From: Chrysomallon squamiferum
Lineage: Eukaryota > Animalia > Mollusca
Length of the DNA stretch: 64,000 nucleotides
Assembly (NCBI GenBank): GCA_012295275.1
Contig: CM022678.1
Location: 19,220,001-19,284,000, forward strand
Reading direction: 5' to 3'
Shown: piece after piece, positions 56,577-64,000 of the stretch
Layout of the letters: every line of letters starts with the position of its first letter
Position numbering within the stretch: position 1 is the first letter of the stretch
The notes under the pieces: model-generated
What the model saw: only the letters and a program-made list of their open reading frames with translations
Databases searched by the model: none
What the model was told of the DNA's origin: nothing
Position numbers and translations under genes: made by a program

Positions 56577-57501
56577 TACAATAATAATAATAATAATATT
56601 GTTCGTTTCTAATAGTTACTTTTCGTTTCATTCACTTTTTCACCTGTGTCAGCTGACATGAGTCGCCTATTTGAATATCAGCCCATATATAACAATACAG
56701 AAACAGTGACGGGTGTGTGAAATTAGGTCATTGAAAAACGCAACAAGTAAATGGACTCTGTCCATTAACATGTAATAAATATGTGTAAAGCAGTTTTTAA
56801 AGGGATATTTTCTGTTTCTATTTGTACTGTTTCGAGGATTCAGAGCTGTGCAGTGTTTGAGTCAGATAATAATCTAAGAAATGACATGAGTCTATATTTT
56901 AAAATTAATAATACAAAAAGAAAATAATTAATGAAATAAAAAAGTAACGAAGAAAATGTACGTCTTGCTCTGATATAAATATTAAATTTTATTTGCCCAC
57001 CAAAATCTTACTGTTTCCAAAACGTGTTCTGATCGATTGACGTGATCTTATTACTTATGAGCCAAACTGATTTTAATTTAATTTCTTGTGCTGTTTATTT
57101 CATGTATCTTAGCGTATTATACGTCCTTGTAGTTGTCGCTGTAGTTCTTATATATCAATAAATTATTCGTTAATTATATTTATAATTTAATGGACATTCT
57201 GTTAGGTAAATTTAAAGCATATGATCGAAAAACATATCGTAAATGAAACTTCCATGTTCTCTCTGGATGTCCCTAACTCCGAAATTAACCGTCAGTGTTA
57301 TGTAAGCGACTACTTTCTTCTTTCCTTTTTAAATTCCAAGAATCGCTTCTACAGCAGGAGAAAATCACCGTAAAAGCCATATAAGGAATGTTTCCTAATA
57401 CGGTAATCGTACGAGTAGGTTTAAATATTAAAGAAAACATTCTTATCGGGAAAGCTATATCAAATTCATGAAGGCGTTTATTATGATGATGATGATGATG
57501 A

Positions 57502-57554
<53 letters not shown>

Positions 57555-58228
57555 GTTATTGTTACTATTATTATTATTCTTAATTTTTTTTTCGTTAGTT
57601 TTCTGTTTCTTTTCCTTTTTTCAATCTTCTTCAGAAAAATGAAAGTTTCGACTTCTCAATATCAGTGATTTAAAAAATAATTCCCGTCCATTTAAGAGAC
57701 GTGGTATTTTCTGAGCTATGCTGAATTTTTATTTAACGCTTTGTGTTATTTTTATTATAATTCTTTCTAGTAATAACTCTTATATGTCAAAAGGCAATTC
57801 GTGAAACTGATGTATATTTTATACAAACTTAAATATTATTTTGTACGAAATTTAGCAATTTAGCGAACATGACTAAGAAAACTGAAAAGACGAATTAGTA
57901 ATTTTCGTGGTATTAGAAAAAATAAGATGAACATTCGTCCAGCGAATTTATTTTGTTTGTGTAACTAAATACTGAATTAATCAACGCATATACAAATGTA
58001 AAATTAAATACTAAAAAATAAAGCTAACTTTCTATATTTACATAATTTAGCTACAAATTTTCGCGATACTGATTTAAAAAAATGAAAGTACTCGTGACTA
58101 ATTTTCGTGGAATTAGAGATGTAGGGCAAATATTCGATTCAACGAACACATTCAAAAATACCACGTCTAGTGTGCGAAAACGGTTTCCAGGAAATAATAA
58201 CAACAACATCAACAACAACAACAATAAC

Positions 58229-58282
<54 letters not shown>

Positions 58283-61200
58283 CAGATGAGGATAAGCAGA
58301 AGGGTAATAATAACTAAAACAAAATAAAATGTTTCGATTGTCATAGTTCACGTCAGTTTCGCTCGCATGAAATAATCCTAACCTACATTTCTACTTTTTA
58401 ATCTAATAACAGTAGGACTCTCAAATATTCTTCATGCTATTGGCTTTGATCAGCCTGTATGAATTAAAACTATCACAACTATGAGCCGATATATAACCAT
58501 ACAGAAAGAGAAACGAGTGTGTGAAATTAGCACGTTGAAATGTCCAAGAAATGTGCAAGAGACTAACAAGATGTAAGGGATATTTATAAAACAGTTTGTA
58601 GTGGCAAAGTTTTCTATTTCTATTTGTATAAATTTGAGTAATCACAGCTGTGTAATGTTTAGGCCAGAGAATAATAAACAAAATGGCCTACTTCAAAATT
58701 TTAAAGTAAATTAAATATGAATTAAAAAAGTAATTTAAAAACAAAAGAGAAAAGAAAAAAGAAGAAAAAGCCATTATTTTCCCTTTATATAATACAAATT
58801 TGTATAAGGATATCACAATTTTACTGGTTACAAAAACTTCTAATAGATTTACATGTTTCTGAGATAAGGTTGAATGTTCAGTTAATTTGTTGTTGTTATT
58901 GTTTCTTGGGTATTTCCATATTACACTTCCTTGTAGGTAGTTGTTACGTATAAATCAGCTAACTATTCGTGAATTATAGTTATGATTTAATGGACCAATA
59001 ATGAGTAAACTATTAGTTAAAAATAAAGTACATGAGCGAATTTGAATTTTTAAACCAAACTTGAACGTTCTCGCTTCATGTTGCTTACTTCAGATCAAAC
59101 CATCAATGTTAGGTAACCGACAACTTTCTACTTTCTTTTTAAACTCTACTCGTCTTTCTGTATGAAGTGGTTTCTGTTATCGAGATGTCATTTTCACGGA
59201 AGCTATGGCTTCCAAGACTTCAACTCTTTAGGTTCGGGTGTGTCCAGACGTAGCACTGACTCTGTCACTAGTTAAATTCGAAAATAAAAATTAGTCTTAT
59301 TTACATTAAAGGATACATGTACAATGTACACCTTTATTTATTTGTAAGTATATGCCAGGCGGTATTAAAATTCTAAATATATTTTATTCTCAAATGAAAT
59401 GAAATACGCTAGTAGATATCTTCATAATTTACTTTATTCGTATCTGTGTTTACTTATATTAACTTGAAAAAGCCTTTTTCTCTTTTATTATTTCTACTTC
59501 TTTTCTTTTTTTTCACTTAGGTCGACCAGTTATAGAGTCTTTATTCTATCGACGTCCCAGTTTGTCCTGCTGGTTTATGATATTCACGTGATCACTCACT
59601 GTTAAGCAGTCTACAATGTCGCTATTATTCGCACCTGGATTATGTGATACGGCTAAACGCTTCAGTCGCTGTAGTCAGTGTCAAAACCTGTTTTTAAATA
59701 TGTTGCAGCTTACATGTAATACATGTACACATCTCTGTACACGTGACCTATGATTGTTCAGCATCGGTATGCACCCGCCGAACAAAACACAAATCATACA
59801 GACTGGCAAATTCTCATGGTGGTGACAATTTGGTTTATATCGGCTGTAAATTTTAGAATAAAAAATCGCCGATATAACGGAAGTGTTCACAAGGCGATGT
59901 TGGCAGAAAGACCGTCCAGCTACCCTCTACACACAGGATAACATAAACGTAGGAAATACCAGCAACTCGACTCTGACATACGCCAACGGCAAATGCTCCT
60001 CATGACAGGACAGATAACTCCAACAGAATACGCTAATTCCGTCTCCCATTTGGTTGGACTGTGAAATGTTTTAAGTTTATGGTTGGTGTTATGGGAAATA
60101 AACTATACTGTAGCGAATTTATTCTGATTGTTTGAGTAGATGGAGGTTTTAATGAATGCATTTATAAACGTGATATCAAGTACATATTTTAATGCCATTT
60201 TTACCTATTTACTTTCTGCGTAATTTAGCTATTAATTTCCATGAACGTGATTAAAGAAAGTGAATAATCTTCGTGAAATTAGAGAAACAGAGTAAACATG
60301 CGAATCAGTGAACATATTTAGAAATATCGTGTCTACAGAGTGAAATCGCTTTGTATACATTTTTTCGTGCGTTACAGTTCCTTTTAGTCTCGTTAACATA
60401 AAATAAGACCTACCGCATAAAAAACAAATATTTCGACTCTTTTGTCTAATAACACTAGGAATTTGAAGAATCACAAATGTTTCACATTCTTGTTTATTTT
60501 TATCAGCGTACATAAGTTAGAAGTATGACTGCTGTCAGCCGATACATAAAAATACACAAACAAAGACGGGTGTGTCAAGTTAAGTCATTGAAACATGCAA
60601 GAAATAGAGCGAGAAGAGAGACCCGGTATATCTAAGAAATATTTACGAAGCAGTTTCTATTAGAATTAATATTTCTTCCATAACTTACAGAAATTACACA
60701 TGTCTAATGTTTGAGGCTGAGAACAATGAAACAAATGACTTGCTTCGACATTTCAAATTGAATAATACAAAAATGAAATAACTAAAACAAAAAAATCTCG
60801 GTGTTAGCATTGTCACAACTATCAGCCGCTATATAACAACACAGAAACAGAAACGAGTGTTTGGAATCCGGTCATTGAAATATGCAAGAATTACAGCTAG
60901 TATTAATTGGAGGAATCACAGCTTCATAGGTTGGGTCAAAGAATAATGAACGAAATTACATGTTTCTAAATATTAAATTTAATAATGCAAAAAATAAAAT
61001 AATAATTAAAAAAAGAAATACTAATCTTTTATTAGGCCATCAAAATCTTACTCTTACAAAAACCTTCCCATTCTTCTGATCTTACAAAAATAAAAAATAA
61101 AGAAGATTCCCGTCAATTTACGAGATCTTGTTTTAAAGTTTACATTCCTTCAGCTGGATGAATGAACGTATTTAGAAATGTTATATATCTATTAATTTTG

Positions 61201-61720
61201 GCGAACGTGATCACACAAAGTCACAGGACACGTGACTAATTTTCGTGGAAGTAGGAAAATAAGCTATGTTCAGGTATTCGGATCAACGAACACGTTTAGA
61301 AATATCATGAATACTTTGTGAACTCGCTGACTATGTAAACAAACAAACAAAAAAAACATGTTTCCCTCGCTTGAACTAAACCTAACCTATACACAACTCA
61401 TATTTCGATTTTGTTATCCAAAAACACTAGGATCAACAATTCTACATGTTAATCACTTTTATCAGCCTATATGGATCAAAAATATCGCACCTATAAGCGA
61501 CATAAAACACTGCAGGAACAAAAACGTGCGTGCGAAATTAGGTCATTGAAATATACATGAAATATAGCCAGTAAAGAGACCCGGGAGATATAATAAGTAT
61601 TTACTAAACAGTTTTTAGTAGGATTTGTTTTTCTTTTTATATTATTTTGAGGAGTTACAGCTGTATTGTGTTTGTTTCAGAAATGACCTGCGTTTTGATT
61701 TTAAAAGTAAAAAATATATA

Positions 61721-61752
<32 letters not shown>

Positions 61753-61784
61753 ATAATAATAATAATAATAGTTATAATCATACA

Positions 61785-61820
<36 letters not shown>

Positions 61821-63044
61821 CATACAGATAATAATAATAATGTAATTTTTCCCTCACGGTTCTATAAATCTTAACTTTTATTAGGCTATCAAAATCCTAT
61901 TGGTTTCAGTAAACCTTCGAATCAATTTATGTGAACTAGTCTTTTCTGAACTAAGATGAAGTTTGTGTTATTTGCTTCTTGTGTATTTGTATATTACATT
62001 TCCTGATAGTTATAACTTGAATATATAATGAATGAATTTTATATTTTAATGCACAAGTTAAACTATATAAAAGAAGTTACCTGATAAGGTAATGTAATAA
62101 CCTTGTTGCGTGACAACAGAAAATAAAACTAAATAAAATGTTTTAATAAGATATATTTTTTAATCCTGACTTGAACAGTAAATTCCACTAAAGTTATTTA
62201 TTTAGTAAACGTGATTAAACAAACTGAAAGAGCGCATTAGTAATTTTCCTGGAAATAGAAGTGCGTTACTTCAGCGAACTTATTGGGGTTTTTGTAACTA
62301 GATGCTAGATTAATGAACGCATTTAGAAATGTGATATTTTAAAGCTAACTTTATATATTTAGTTTCTACGCAATTTAACTATTGATTTTCGCGAACGTGA
62401 TCAAACAAAGTCAGAGCACACGTGACTAATTTTCGTGGAAGTAGAAAAATAAGCTAACTATTCGGATGAATGAGCACGTTTGTAAACACCATGGCTCTTC
62501 TTAGTGAACTCGTTGTGTATCTAAAGAAAAAAGGTTTCCCTCGCCTGAACTAAAGCTAACCAACACACAACTCATATTTTGTTTTTTCTTTTCTTTTGTT
62601 TTATATTATAACACTAGGACTCACAGCAGTTCTAACTGTTATTCACTTTTATCAGCCAACATGAATTAAAAACACTACGGCTGTCAGCCGATATATAACA
62701 ATACAGAAACAGAAACGAGTTTACGAAATTAGGTCACTGAAATGTACAAGAAATATAGCAATCGGGAGATGCTATATCTATCTATAAAGCTGATTCATCT
62801 TGTTCTGTAAATTACACCTGTGAAAATAGTAAGACAACAGACAACAGTGAACTAAAAGACGAGTCTTGATTTTAAATTTAATAAGGCAGAAAAATAATAA
62901 TAATTAAAAGAAAAATATTTACCTTCCCATTATTTAAACACTCCTAATACTGTATTATTCCGTTTAAGTTTAAATACTAAATAAAATATTATTTGGAATG
63001 CCAGAGAAAACTGGATGTGACATTATTATTGTTATAATTACTAC

Positions 63045-63077
<33 letters not shown>

Positions 63078-63900
63078 GATTATTATTATCATCATCATCA
63101 TCATCATCTGTTTTTCTTCTCAGTGTTGTAATCTGCAGAGATATAAAACTAAATAAAATTCTGAATAAGATATATTTCTTTTAATTCTAACTCGAAATTT
63201 TGTTATTTAGTAAAGGTGGTTAAATAAAGTGACACCACGCATCAGTAATTTTCGTGGAATGTATCAGGTTTGTGTAACTAGATGCTGAATGAATGAACAT
63301 TTTTAGAAATGGGATGTGAAATCAATATTTTAATGGTAACTTTATATATTTATTTTCTACGTAATTTAACTATTAATTTTCGCGAACGTGACTACACACA
63401 GTCAGAGCACATGTGAGTAATGTTGATGGAAGTAGAAAAACGAGCCACATACATATATTCGGATCAATGAACATGTTTACATATAGCATGTCTACTGAGT
63501 GTATGTAAGAAAAAAGATAAGAAAATATGTGTCGTCTCCTGTAGCTCCATATAGTTCAATAACAACAACAAGATCGGTAATAATAATAATAATAATAATC
63601 ATAATAATCATAATAATCATAATAATCAAAATAATCATAATAATATCGAAAAATAAAATAAAACAAAATACTTCGATTCCTATAGTTACTGTCAGAGTCA
63701 TTCGGATGAAATAATACCACCTAAACACATCTCATATCTCCATAAGTTTTCTTTCTCTATTTATTTTAATTTGAGGAATCACAGAAAACAGCTGTGTAGT
63801 GTTTGGGACAGAGAATAATAATAATTAAAAAACTTGCTTCAAAACTTCAAATTAAATTATGTAACAAATTTTAAAAAATAATTTAAAAAAGAAAACGAAA
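56350..63900. repeat. Segmental duplication, copy B (paired with 1-8940), built largely of the modular repeat
   Basis: Collinear high-identity match to the start of the window. Confidence 0.93.
59740..60064 (+). mobile_element. Mutator/MULE-like transposase C-terminal relic (longer copy)
   Basis: Ends KRRKYQQLDSDIRQRQMLLMTGQITPTEYANSVSHLVGL*; carries ~330 bp absent from the 2647 copy. Confidence 0.45.
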
Positions 63901-64000
63901 ACGAAAGAAACACCAATGTTTATTATTATCTGTTTTTCTTCCTCAGGGTTTTAATCTGCAGAGAAATGAAACTGCATAAAATTCAACAACTTATATAGTT

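Overview
AT-rich, microsatellite-dense animal genomic DNA, probably an invertebrate (mollusc/lophotrochozoan-like; inferred). The only substantial coding content is a minus-strand cluster of three paralogues encoding an IFIT/TTC22-like TPR array fused to a C-terminal TIR-like domain. Each has a small first coding exon (missed by the ORF track), a phase-1 intron containing a (CT)n tract, and one ~2.1 kb exon. The middle copy (join 40846-40783, 40345-38247; ~720 aa) is intact. The left copy has lost its TIR by a frameshift plus truncation, the right copy has a 1-nt frameshift just before its TIR, and an orphan first exon marks a fourth copy. The intergenic DNA is tiled by a degenerate ~2 kb repeat and other duplicated blocks whose translations show ordered rhodopsin-type GPCR motifs, suggesting a field of decayed GPCR genes. 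Bases 1-~8.9 kb recur at 56350-~63.9 kb (~56 kb period). Decayed transposons include a Tc1/mariner-type non-autonomous element, a LINE, pogo/Tigger, a Gmr1-type Gypsy and a probable MULE. All alignments were made by eye; no searches were run.
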